Positions 1-12,223 of a stretch of 33,403 nt of DNA are shown here, one piece after another (position 1 is the stretch's first letter; every line of letters starts with the position of its first letter). The position numbers were made by a program, and so were the translations under genes. The notes beneath the pieces were generated by a model. It saw nothing but the letters and a program-made list of their open reading frames with translations, did no database searches and had not been told where the DNA came from. The stretch covers positions 1,657,453-1,690,855 of the forward strand of contig NMRA01000023.1 in NCBI GenBank assembly GCA_002633005.1, in the 5' to 3' direction. The DNA comes from Phoronis australis. Lineage: Eukaryota > Animalia > Phoronida.

Positions 1-17
1 CCAGTTGACACCGCCAT
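1..17 (-). CDS. Possible first coding exon of a divergent gene running off the left edge (ATG GCG GTG TCA ACT GG = MAVSTG), UBE2V2/MMS2-like N-terminus
   Basis: Minus strand reads AAC ATG GCG G (good Kozak context, also a YY1-like motif). MAVSTG equals the recalled human UBE2V2 N-terminus, but only 5-6 codons are visible. Confidence 0.25.
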
Positions 18-52
18 GTTAGCTCAACTCAAGATTACAGCGACACCTGTTG

Positions 53-502
53 CAAGGCTTGGAATTTTCCGCGGAAACATGGATTCCCGCTTTTTTCAAA
101 TGTTCTCTCCGCGCATTTTATTATATTTCCGCGTAAAAAAAAAATCGGATTTGAAATAAAATTTCCACGGCAAATTCCTTTTTTACCGCGGCATTGCCGA
201 CGACGTTCACCTCGAAAAGCGGAAGTTGCTCTTTATGTTTCGGAGGAACGTAAATTGTCAACATTGCCAGGGCATCTGGGATAACGTGGTGGGATTTTCA
301 ATGGTGTCTCGTGTGATCGTAAACCGCAGTGACAAATACTACGGCTCTACTGATGGTGGTAGGGTTGTTTTTTTTTTTAGTCCTTCCGATTTTTGTCGGC
401 GAGCGAAAGGTTCACATCAACTATTTCAAGGCTGGTAGCGCGGCGCATGTTTAGGGCCGTAAAAGTTTCCACGTTTTTTGTCATTGGTCATTCCAAGCCC
501 TG
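53..502. mobile_element. ~450-bp hAT-like MITE
   Basis: 13-bp TIRs CAAGGCTTGGAAT (53-65) and ATTCCAAGCCCTG (490-502; 1 mismatch). Flanks CTGTTG (47-52) and CGGTTG (503-508) look like a 6-bp TSD with 1 mismatch. Subterminal TTCCGCG/TTCCACG repeats. Confidence 0.6.
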
Positions 503-1486
503 CGGTTGTTAATGAATGAAACAGCATCATCGATTCTGAATGGTGTTTGCCCCTACGAGATTCCCGCTAAAGTTTTCCTGACGTAATATGGAGGGACAAG
601 TAACAGCATTTCACCTTTTGCAATTATTTAAATTTGTGACCATTTGACCATTTTTCCACGAAATTGTCTGAAGTAATACTCTTTTCACCAGTTTGGACCT
701 CAAAAACAACCTCCGTTTTTTTCGTGGATTCTTGTTAGGAGATGCGTACCAGGGTTGTCATATGATCGTTTGGGACCGTAATTCGGCCAGGGGATGGACA
801 GTTTGAACTTATGAAAAGCGACGATCTGCAGAAGTTGATAGATTAGTCGAGTTTTTGACCGCCAGGGGACACCCTCCATTCAACATGGCGGTATTACTTC
901 CAAGTACCGGGAAATAGTGCGAGAAGAAAGTTCATGATAAAATACTAAGGGTACAGGGTAGGAAAAATTTCTGTGTATTGTTTGAAAGATAATTTTGCAA
1001 GGAATCGTACGATACCAAAATCATATGTGTAAGTCATTGTCGTCATATTGTAAACAATTGCCCAAAAATCTTCTCAAAAAGCCGGTCCGGAGTAACTCTG
1101 TAAATCAAAGGTCAAAGACGATACAGAATTATCCGATGACTTACGGATGAACGGCAGTTGCCGATTTGTCACGGAAAGTTACAAAATCGTGACAATCGGC
1201 AACTGCATCGAAGATATGTGTAAAAGTAGAAAGGATCACTGAAGGAAGTAAGTGCTTTTTTAAATGATAGTGGAATGTATTTTTGACGAGGTGAAAACTC
1301 TTAAATTGGTGGCCGGATTTGACCTACCGCCCGTTTAAAATACACGGAACGAAATTCGTACAGAAAGTGATGGGAAGTATTATAGCCCCTAACCGACCAA
1401 CTGAGGGACTACGTGTTGCCTACACTCATCATAGACAGTGATCACTGTCTTTAGCTGGCCCAGTAGAGACGGTGGACAGGTGCTCC

Positions 1487-1523
1487 TATAAGAGCTTCGT
1501 ACGCCGGAAGCTTTTCGGTAAAT
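1487..1523 (+). promoter_or_regulatory. Candidate UBA52 core promoter and ultra-short non-coding 5'TOP exon 1 (CTTTTCG, 1511-1517)
   Basis: TATAAGAG (1487), ETS/GABP-like CCGGAAG (1504-1510), pyrimidine run CTTTTC, then donor GTAAAT (1518). This is typical ribosomal-protein promoter grammar. Removing the 1587-2952 transposon leaves a compact ~140-nt intron 1. TATA spacing (-24) and the G at -1 are imperfect. Confidence 0.35.
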
Positions 1524-1586
1524 TATGCCTAAGACAGGTCACTATTAGGTTACAGATTTTCCACTGCAGGTGATCATGAGTTCTAC

Positions 1587-2952
1587 CAGGGCTCAACACT
1601 AACGGTTGCCCGATTGCCCGTGTACATGTAGATTTTGCGTCGGGCAAGTGGAATTTGAAAAGTACTTGCCCGATGGGCAAGTTAAAAAGCTAGCCGCATA
1701 GGCAAGTAGATCCTAAGATTGTCTGTTCGACATTTGCTCCTAAGTAACGAACCCCGACACAAGCCTAAAAACCGTCGAAAAAGCCCCTGTGGCGGTCAAA
1801 GAACCTCCAGTCTTCGAATGAGCACCGAAAGGAAAATAGAACGAGTGTGTTGCAGCGTGCACAGATGACGCTCGCGGTCAAATCCTTTCGATTCTCTGAA
1901 CGTGCCCTGCAGTTTCTGAATAAGTTGTCACGTGATACTACTGATCGTCTGCACTCTGGCAAAACGTCTAAACATGGAAGCCGTCCAGGCCTGAACAGCA
2001 TTGGTTTAGTTGCTAAAAAACGAGTTCAGGAAGAATCAAAGCAGTAACATGAAACGAAAAGAGTGCGGGGATGGGTTCCGTCATGGGAAAATATGTTTTC
2101 TGGTCTGCGAGACAGTGAACAAGGGATGACGTTTGATTTTTGCCGGCGTTTTCCCATGTACAGCTGGAAGCACCGCGTTCGCCAGCGGATGTAAGTCATA
2201 CAGTTAAGCGCAAAAGCTAAAAAGTGAATGATTGACGACATATTTTCTACACTACACAGCAGTTTAAAAGGCCTGGTATTTATTCAGGGGGAATTCCAAA
2301 GGACATTCTTATGAATTCCCGGCTCCCGGTGGCGACTCCCGAAAGAAGAGGAATACGGTCTTCGGGATTGCCGCTCTGAAGTCTGACTTTTTCGCGGTCT
2401 ATCTATTTTTCAAAAATGTAATTATTTATTGAAAATAAAAGTATACGTGGCATTATCAAATGTTAAAATTTGATTTTAATTTAATACAAGGTACCGATGA
2501 CCAAAACTGTGCAAGATTTTTACGGATTGCAAAAATTGAAATTCAGGTTAGCAACAACTCAAGTTTAATGCATGAGGGCATATAAACTAATGAATACACA
2601 GAAGTGTCTAGAGTTCATGTCCTAGCTCATTTCGGCGCCTGTGAACGTGTGACAATGGTTCAGATACCATAGTTACTCTTCTAATTTGTCTCTCTAGTGT
2701 TTTGACACACCTTATAAATGAATGTTCTATAAAAAGAATCGTTAAAAAAATAGCAACCCATGTATATAGCATGCACAACACAAGAGTAGGCTCAGCACAG
2801 GCAGCCCTATGGTAACACATTACTTAGGTGTGCACATGCGCGGTGCTATTTGGGATTGTACTTGGGGCAAGTGAATTTGTTGTTCGGGCAAGTAAAAATT
2901 TCAACTACTTGCCCGAAGGGCAAGTTGCTTAAAAAGTTAATGTTGAGCCCTG
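1587..2952 (+). mobile_element. 1366-bp non-autonomous hAT-type DNA transposon with 5-bp TSD (hAT5-like), carrying a transposase zinc-finger relic
   Basis: 17-bp TIRs CAGGGCTCAACACTAAC / GTTAATGTTGAGCCCTG (1 mismatch). Perfect TSD TCTAC (1582-1586, 2953-2957). Clustered subterminal TTGCCC/GGGCAAG repeats at both ends. Confidence 0.85.
2010..2205 (+). pseudogene. Degenerate TTF-type zinc finger of a hAT/ZNF862-like transposase
   Basis: Translation KKRVQEESKQ*HETKRVRGWVPSWENMFSGLRDSEQGMTFDFCRRFPMY, then a frameshift to AGSTAFASGCKSY. Resembles the R-F-x-x-W...F-P-W-L...M-x-C-x-x-C...F-x-x-G pattern; has an in-frame stop and a frameshift. Confidence 0.5.
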
Positions 2953-3032
2953 TCTACTCTATATATGCAGTTTAGTTAGTTGTACCAAAATGAACCATAG
3001 GTTTCAATGTGGCATTGTGCTGTTTCAGGTAA

Positions 3033-3239
<207 letters not shown>

Positions 3240-3695
3240 TAGTCTGGTCCCCATTCCTCAAAGCAAATCTGGAAAATGTCAAATGATACGATATACCTTG
3301 GATAATCTGTCATTTTTGGGACCAAGGAGAAAACGGGGATTCATCAGTTAGGTCGTTTGTTGGAAGAAATTTCATAAATGTGCTGAACAGGACTGCGCTC
3401 TTCACTTTCCTAAAAGGCTTTCGTAGATCTGATTTAATACTAATGTCTTTGAATGTGGTGAAAACCGACTTGTCTGAAGACTTGAGTACCCAAACTAGAA
3501 CAGCTGTACTGTTTTGCCAGTTGACCATAAATCAGTTTATGCAAATTTCACTGTATATCACCTGCACACAAAAAGTTGAATCATGAGTATGACACATTTT
3601 CTGTTGGAAAATAAGATATGCTGTAGCTTGTCAAGTTGTTGGGTCTTTTTCTCAGGTCATGTCTAAAGAGTAATATTATTGGACTTTCCCCATTA

Positions 3696-5023
<1,328 letters not shown>

Positions 5024-5412
5024 TAATAGTCAACGGAAAATGTGTTTACTTGTTGTAAATTTTGTTATTGGTGAAACTATATCTTCATTGTTTTCAGCAT
5101 TGAGGGCTTTTATCATGACCGTTATGTTTAGAACTAAAATTTTTTATCTCACTGACATATTTTGCTTACATATCGACTAAAGATTTTGAAGCTTGTGATA
5201 TTCACAACAAGCTTAAAACAAATAATAATAGCATTTTTGTGCACTGCTTGTTCATAGTCAACAGGTATCCCAGAAATATTGATCTATGAATATGTAGAGA
5301 TTTTTAAAATTAACAATTAACAGTGGGCAGTTTAGGAGAAAAATTTCCTTTTCCTCAATGAATTTATATTTTGCATTCGTTGAATTTATGGGTTACCTTT
5401 GACGGGTTGTAG

Positions 5413-5609
5413 AATCCACACTTCATTTGGTGTTGCGTCTGAGAGGTGGTATCATTGAGCCCAGCTTGAAGATCCTGGCCCAGAAGTACAACTGTGACAA
5501 GATGATCTGTCGCAAGTGTTACGCACGCCTGCATCAGCGAGCGACTAACTGTCGCAAGAGGAAATGTGGTCATACTAGTAACATCCGACCCAAGAAGAAG
5601 TTGAAGTAA
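5413..5609 (+). CDS. UBA52: UBA52 coding exon 3 ([13 protein letters not shown] + eL40 IIEPSLK...CRKC...CRKRKC...RPKKKLK*)
   Basis: Ubiquitin C-terminal LRLRGG fused to the 52-aa eL40 C4 zinc finger. Acceptor ttgtag (5411-5412). Total CDS 103+87+197 = 387 nt = 128 aa + TAA. Confidence 0.97.
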
Positions 5610-5642
5610 ATTAATCCATTTTATGTCATTCATTGGCATGTG

Positions 5643-5648
5643 AATAAA
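5643..5648 (+). terminator. UBA52 polyadenylation signal AATAAA
   Basis: Begins 34 nt after the stop, followed by GT-rich sequence; short 3'UTR typical of ribosomal-protein genes. Confidence 0.8.
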
Positions 5649-6266
5649 GATGTTGTTGATCTATCATAGATTCGTGGTTTGGATTAGAAATTGTTACGGA
5701 GTGGACCATTACAGCACAGATCAGTAAAAGTTGCAATAGTTGGATCTTACTGGTCCAAGAGATTTTTTTCCTAGCAAGGCGAAATTCTACTTGTATGAAG
5801 TGCTGAGTACACAAACTAGAAGAGCCGTACCGTGTAATAGTCTCGAGTGAAAATCTGACTTGAGCATGTTAGGGTTGCGCTTTTTACTGTATTTCATCAT
5901 TGGGTTTGTTTGTCTAACATAGGCTTAAAGATCTGAAAATCTGATTACGTTTAAAATGGAGAACCCTGGTATTGGGCGTTATCTTGAACGAAGGCTGGGC
6001 ACAGTTGGTGTTAGCAATTGAAGGAACTAACATGTGGTTCCTGTCTCAACATGAACTAACACTTTACACATCCAGCCGAGCATACAGCTCTCTGTGCTGA
6101 CCCTTGGAATGACACTATGGGTTCCACAAGGAATGTCTAGTAAACTTCAGGGCTATCTTTTAATGTACAGTCATGGAGAACAAGAAATGTTAACCCGCTC
6201 CACTTCAAACATAGAATTAGGTTCCAAAAACAAAAAACCAAGAGCAACGCAAAGTGTTGAAAACTG

Positions 6267-6667
6267 GGCCCGGTCTCTAATCTTTGTACTCGAAACGAAC
6301 TCGAAAATATTTTTGGCAATTTCTCTGCTCCTTTTGTGCAAACTTAAGATAATTTGTTATCAGACTGTGCTCGAATACATTATAGTTTATGCATAGGAGT
6401 TTCTAGTTCAAGTTTGCCCTTGAAGACCCTTATATTAGTGCTACAAACTCGAGTAAAAACTCGAAATTTCGAGTTCAAACTTGAACTTATTGATTTAATA
6501 TTGGGTTTACAAACTGTGAACTAAGGGCAATAAGTTATCTATGTAAGTTATTGTGTACTCGAGCATAGAATAATAGACACTTATCTTGAGTTCGCTCAAA
6601 AGTAGAGTAGAAAATGCCAAACCTAATTTCGAGTTCCATTTCGAGTAAAAAGATTGGATATCTGGCC
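6267..6667. mobile_element. ~400-bp foldback MITE (Harbinger-like, CWG flanks)
   Basis: ~45-bp imperfect TIRs GGCCCGGTCTCTAATCTTTGTACTCGAAACGAACTCGAAA / TTTCGAGTTCCATTTCGAGTAAAAAGATTGGATATCTGGCC. Internal (A)CTCGA/TCGAGT repeats; flanks CTG and CAG. Confidence 0.7.
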
Positions 6668-7087
6668 CAGGCCTGTATCCAGGATTTTGAAAATAGGGTG
6701 TCCAAAATGAGGTTCCGAATATTCCAGGGCGTCCATGATTCCGACGCGTAACCCTCCACCCGCAGCAATCCCCCCAAACACAGATTTTTTTACAAAAAAT
6801 GCATAGACCAAGGTTTTTACATCTAAGTTTACAAAACAGCCTTCTGTAGTGAGCATTTTTACTAAAAAAAAACTGTAGACCAAGACTTTTACAATGCTAG
6901 CAACCAAGTGTGAGCATAGCAACATTGTATATACTTTGTATGTACATTGAGCCACCACTGTGAGTCTTCATAGGCTTCCTAGTAATTACAATGTGTTTGT
7001 CCAAACTTAAAAATGTTCCTATTGATAGTGGGCGTCCAAATGATGCATTGGGCGTCCATATTAGTGCATACGCTGCATAAAGGCCTG
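6668..7087. mobile_element. ~420-bp hAT-like MITE
   Basis: TIRs CAGGCCTGTATCCAG / CTGCATAAAGGCCTG, with subterminal GGGYGTCCA repeats. Degenerate 8-bp TSD GTTGAAAA (6256-6263) / GTTTAAAT (7088-7095). Confidence 0.65.
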
Positions 7088-7783
7088 GTTTAAATGCGCC
7101 CATGAATCCACTGCAAACGGTGTACTTCTAGGGTTGATTAATTCTATTATAAAAATGGCCACTAGATGGTGCAAAAACGTCAAATCCGTCCTAAAACTGG
7201 AACATGCCATTGCTTCTTTAATTGAAAGCTATTTACCAAATGTCGTAAAAATCTGTCAAGCAACTTCAGAGAAACAAAAGAAACGGAAAAAATGAATTGC
7301 CACTAGGGGGCACAGTGTTCTTTGGATCCGCCTTAAAGTCGTCAGCTGTTGTTATCTTCAAATAAATACACTTACTAAATTTAATAAAGATTGTGCAGTG
7401 GGTTTAGGAGATACAGCTATGGGCGCAAAACTACCAATAGGAGGCGCCACAGTAGTCAAAGTCGTCCTCAACCGTTCTCTTCATACTGAGAACATATACG
7501 CCAATTTTCAAAATCCTTAGAATGGTTTGGTTGATAGAGGGGTGGGTGCCAAAAAACAGATTCAAAAATATCCACTAAGTGGCGCAAAATACCTCATCTG
7601 ACCAATAGCTGCCTATGTTCCAAATTTTATAAAAATCCTTTAAGGACCTTTGAAAGATACAGGGGTAAACGTAAAAAACTAAAATTGCCACTAGGGGTGT
7701 CAGATCCGTCCGAAAGTCATGCCTGTGGTTAACACCATATAAATACAATTGCTAAATTTAGTAAAGATCTTGCAAACGATTTA

Positions 7784-8603
7784 GGGCTGTTACAGCAAAA
7801 TCTGTATGGGAGGGGGGGAAGGCACTTTTATTTCGTACCCACCATCAATATTTTTCATTTATTTCTCCAACCCATGACCCATAATTTTTTAATTATTTTT
7901 AATAGGTTAAAATATAAAATCCAACACTTGCAAACAAATTGCCTCCAGGAGGACCTGTTAAGAACTTAGATGATTGACAGACAAGAACTAGTTGTCTTGT
8001 CCAATATTGTCAAAAACTAAAGTAGCCTGTGAGCAATACTTTTGGCAGCCACCAGGTGTCTCTGTTCACCATGTGTCTATAATTTCAATGAACATTTTTT
8101 CAATTATAAGGATCTATGAATCTCAAACTGTGTCCACAAACTCTTTTATACTTCTATGTCAAGTGAATATTGGAACTTGTTTATCTTACTCCTCATACTT
8201 TTTATTTAAAAATCATTGATTTTCTTTTTTGTGTTAACACCAGTTTAGTGTTGCATAACTTTTCAATTCAATAGGACTGCAGACAAACAGTTGGCTCAAA
8301 TCAAGTTGCCCATGACTTGATTAATGGCTTAGTGAACATATTGCACTCTGTTCACTGGCAATATGGGCTTTTTTGTATTTGGATAAGTTAGGATATATGC
8401 CAATTGCATTTTTTTGAGTATTGATGGCTGAAGTAACCAAACTTTCAACATTAACAGGTCAAAAAATACCACCCATTTTTAATGCATCACTTCTTACAGG
8501 AACGACCACCCATAATTTGAGTTTTTTTCTGAAGACCACCACCCATGAATTTTTATTTCTACTGCCGTCCCCCCCTCCCTCACAGATTTTACTGGAACAG
8601 CCC
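7784..8603. mobile_element. 820-bp Harbinger/Tourist-like MITE
   Basis: ~33-bp TIRs GGGCTGTTACAGCAAAATCTGTATGGGAGGGGGG / CCCCCTCCCTCACAGATTTTACTGGAACAGCCC. TTA TSD (7781-7783, 8604-8606). The empty site restores the HINE unit sequence ATTTAGGAGATA. Confidence 0.85.
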
Positions 8604-9702
8604 TTAGGAGATATAACCATGGGGGCAAAAAAACAAAACTGCCACCAGGAGGCGCCACAGTAGTCGAAGTCCGAAGAACATCGTCAGCCGTCCACTTCAT
8701 AGGAAGAACATACATGTCAATTTTCACAATCATGCTCAGAGGGGTTTGGTTGATGGAGTGGTGGAAAACAACAAACGAGACTCAAAAACAAATTGCCACT
8801 GGGTGGTGCAGACTATGCCGAATCCATCTGGAAACGGGAAGATAGTGTCATCTCACTAATAGATGCCTGTGTCAAATTTTATGAACATACATTGAGGACC
8901 TTCGAATATACAGAAGTAAACGTAAAAAATAAAATTGCCGCTAGGGGGCACACTGGTAGTCAGATCTGTCTGAAAGTTCACTCATGCTGTCCCATCCATG
9001 AAAGGAACACGTGCAAAATTTCATGAACATATGTGAAAGGGTTTTGGAGATAGGGCTGACGGCATAATGTGTCCGCATATAAATTCGTGGGCGCATAATA
9101 AATCCAGTAAAATTCCAATAAGTCACCTATCCACAAATAAGATATTTGGTTCTGGGACAAAGTTTTACAGTACAGTTCCAGCTATGTATTCGACCATTCT
9201 GATGTTTTTTATGCCTTATTCAAATTGCATCTCTACTCGTGATAGCCGTGATGTGCTCACAATTTCACTTGAAAAGAAGTCCCCTCATTTGATTTTACCT
9301 GTTCACGCCAACAGATGGGGTAATGGTTTTGTTATCCTCCAACCTGTGAACAGAATGCTGGTCTTTGAACTAAGGTACACGCAGCGTTTGCTACAATTCA
9401 TGTTGCATTTAGTTAATTTATTACCAATCATTGCAATCAGCCATCAAGGTAATATAATTTTGTGCCAGCAAAACTGAACACAATTCAATACTGTAAAACT
9501 CAGAAGTCAGACATTTTTGCTAAATGCTGTCTAAGTTCTGTCGTACGATTGCTATATTAAGTGCATCTATCCTTTCAGATAACTTGGATAAAATTGCTCA
9601 ATCCGGTTGGGTCCCATTTATGTGAGTTTTACTCTACTATTGCATTTTGTAAATGAACAGTAATTTTTGCACAGAAACAAATTACTTATAATTAGCACTC
9701 AA

Positions 9703-9708
9703 TTTATT
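9703..9708 (-). terminator. Candidate CBS polyadenylation signal (AATAAA on minus strand)
   Basis: TTTATT on +, ~1.3 kb downstream of the CBS stop, followed by T/GT-rich sequence on the minus strand. Confidence 0.45.
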
Positions 9709-11006
9709 GTTACCCATGCTGCTGATTGATTCATCAAAATACAAGATACAGTGCATATCAGACACCTCAGTTACTCAAAAGTCAAAGATACAACAATAAC
9801 ATACTATTTAAACCAACATAGATATATTTCAAAGCTGCCACCAAGTGAAACAGATCTTAAACAGTTCAATTGTTCTTAAACAGGTCAAATTGTAAGCATT
9901 CACACTGCAACCAGCAATAAACCTATTGCAAGCTCCGCCCCCTAGCAAAAAGTCGACAAACAAACAATAAGTTTTACCCAACAACGTGTTATTTGTCGGG
10001 TGAAATCGCGGCTTGGAAATGAAGGTGTGTCAAGAATGCTGCTGATTAGTCAGTTAAACCATCACTCCAAATCCTGGCGATAGGTCAATTATCCCACGAA
10101 AGCCATTGGTGAGAACCATTAACCAGTGTTTCAATTAAATTTAATCAGCACTAGTCTTGTAATTGAAACAATCATTTAAAAACTTGAAGATTGTCATTAA
10201 TTTCAAATACAACAATCTTCATTCTGTTTCGTTATACTACACAATGACTTTTTACTTTACAAATACATGAATGGCTCAAATGGAAATCTGTAAAAAACGA
10301 TAAACAGCAAAATAACACAAAGTTCATTCAAATCCAAATATTTTTTCCAGTGTGGGGAGACCGCAATACAGTATTTGTTCGAGTTGCTAAAAATTACATG
10401 AGATTTCTACAGAGCTTTTGTCTACATTCATGCCCCATTCTTCGCATGACTAGAAAGTTCAGATTAGCAGGAACACTGGCATTTTTGCATGAAGTTCATG
10501 TGGTTCTTCCTCCTTAAATAAGCACAGCACAAAACAAAAATATTGGTATATTAGAAAGATACTTAATTAGTAAATTTGGTAAGGAAAATCAAATTAGCAA
10601 ACAAGACGACAAGCCTCTATGTTTTTGATCACACATTGAACGACAGATGTTGCACAGTGTCTTCACTAATCATATGTCATCAACAGTAACAGTGAGTCCA
10701 TGTATGTAAATATTAGACAGCGTGTTATCAAATGACCACACCTTCAGTCAAACAGTAAAGATACGATTAATGTGGGTTTATCATAAATAGTACAGTCCAT
10801 CACATGAGAAATCATGAGAACAATTATATATATATTGATCTGATTGTTAAGAGAAAAATCAACGAATTTTCAAATCCTGGAGAGGGCTTTCCTGAAAACA
10901 GACTCCCATCAATACAAAAAATCCAAACACGAGATATTCAGCCTGACTGTGTTCTTTCAGCTCTTATGTGTTTGTGCGCAGGACTGATAGGAAGAGACGA
11001 CCAACT

Positions 11007-11119
11007 TCAGTGTTCCCCATTGACACCATTTGTCTGGGCAGAGATGAAGTTGAGCAAGTCGATCCTGGTACAGATTCCAAAGATCATCTTCTTCTCACTA
11101 ATTTTACCATCTGGCTCAT
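11007..11119 (-). CDS. CBS: Cystathionine beta-synthase, last coding exon (YEPDGKISEKKMIFGICTRIDLLNFISAQTNGVNGEH*)
   Basis: Matches human MVFGVVTAIDLLNF. Acceptor ttctcttgtag; TGA at 11009-11007; phase fits the previous exon. Confidence 0.92.
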
Positions 11120-12138
11120 CTACAAGAGAAATCGATGTTGAGAAACCACACTTTGTGAGACTATTGAAGGACCAAGTTTTCCTATATATTTAATATCTTG
11201 GTAATACTCAAGAGCAATCACGCCATTATGAATACACCAATATAACACTGTAACAGAGCATTTCAGGGTTTACAAACTAAGAAGAAAAGTAAGACAAAAT
11301 CACCATCTTGTTCCATGACCTCGCACAAAGGTTCTTGCCCTGCATGTGGAAAACCAGCATGAGGTCTCACAAACCTTGGGCGAGATCCTACTCTGCAATA
11401 ATAGGTTAACACCATGACCCCAAGGGAAACAGGACAAAAATACACCTTGTTTTTTATCTCGCTAATGGTATGTTTCTGTAATAACAGTCAAACCGCATTG
11501 TAACGTGACTGGTTTACAATCGCTCACTACGTTCCATTCCACAAGTACGAAGCCAACAGTGTTGTATACAAGTTGTTATGGTAACGCAGACCTTCTGTTA
11601 CAGGAGTCCAGTGCCCAGTTGCATGAAACTGTCCCATCTAGGGACTCAACTGAGGTCCCCAAATCTAATGCGCATTTGTGGACTTGTTAAAACACTGATG
11701 GTCCTTTCTTATGCTGTTTTAGTTTCATGACGTTTAAGCTTTGATGCAAAGTGAGAGTGAATTCTACGTTGAATTCTCAATATTATTGAAAATAAGTAGG
11801 CATCTTTTCATGCAACGCCCCTACTTTAAGGACGAAGTGCCTATTTATTTTTATTGAAAGGGCTCAAATTCTAGTTACATTATTAGAAATTCTCAGTCAA
11901 AGAGGAGCTTGTATTAAAGAAAAAATGATAGATTATATCTGTGAGTAATGAATGATACAAATATGCAAAACATAGGGAACGTAGCCGAGTCCCTATTTGC
12001 ACACTAAAATGTCTCCACCACCGAGACTGCAGCATTAAAAGTTGCATAGGATTACACTAACAGAACTTATAAATGCATGTATGTAAAAGAAAATGCAACA
12101 GAATTCAAGCATATCCCGAGTGAACATGACTCACTTAC

Positions 12139-12223
12139 ATTGTCTCTGGTCATGCATGACCAAAGCAAAATGGTCAGTGTCCAACATTCGTGACAGGACT
12201 CCAAGAGATGTATCAAGGGTCAC
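12139..12223 (-). CDS. CBS: CBS exon (VTLDTSLGVLSRMLDTDHFALVMHDQRQ), CBS2 motif
   Basis: 85 nt, AG/GT boundaries, DHFALV motif. Confidence 0.93.

Larger units (their letters stand above)
6237..9100 (+). mobile_element. Helentron-associated non-autonomous element (HINE/DINE-1/Pearl-like), interrupted by three MITEs
   Basis: Starts ACCAAGAGCAACGC (cf. 27519). Subterminal ATGCGCCCATGAAT (7094) is inverted to ATTCGTGGGCGCAT in the 3' stem-loop (9083-9096). Central ~115-155-bp tandem units. Confidence 0.7.

Noticed and set aside
9067-9477. 136-aa ORF
   Set aside because: Starts inside the HINE terminal hairpin with an alternative-looking context, and has no recognisable domain or splice structure.
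10935-11009. Selenocysteine or read-through at the CBS TGA
   Set aside because: The stop is at the expected C-terminal position, the context is TGA-A rather than TGA-CTAG, and no SECIS was recognised.
10804-11193. 129-aa plus-strand ORF
   Set aside because: Antisense shadow of the last CBS exon and 3'UTR.
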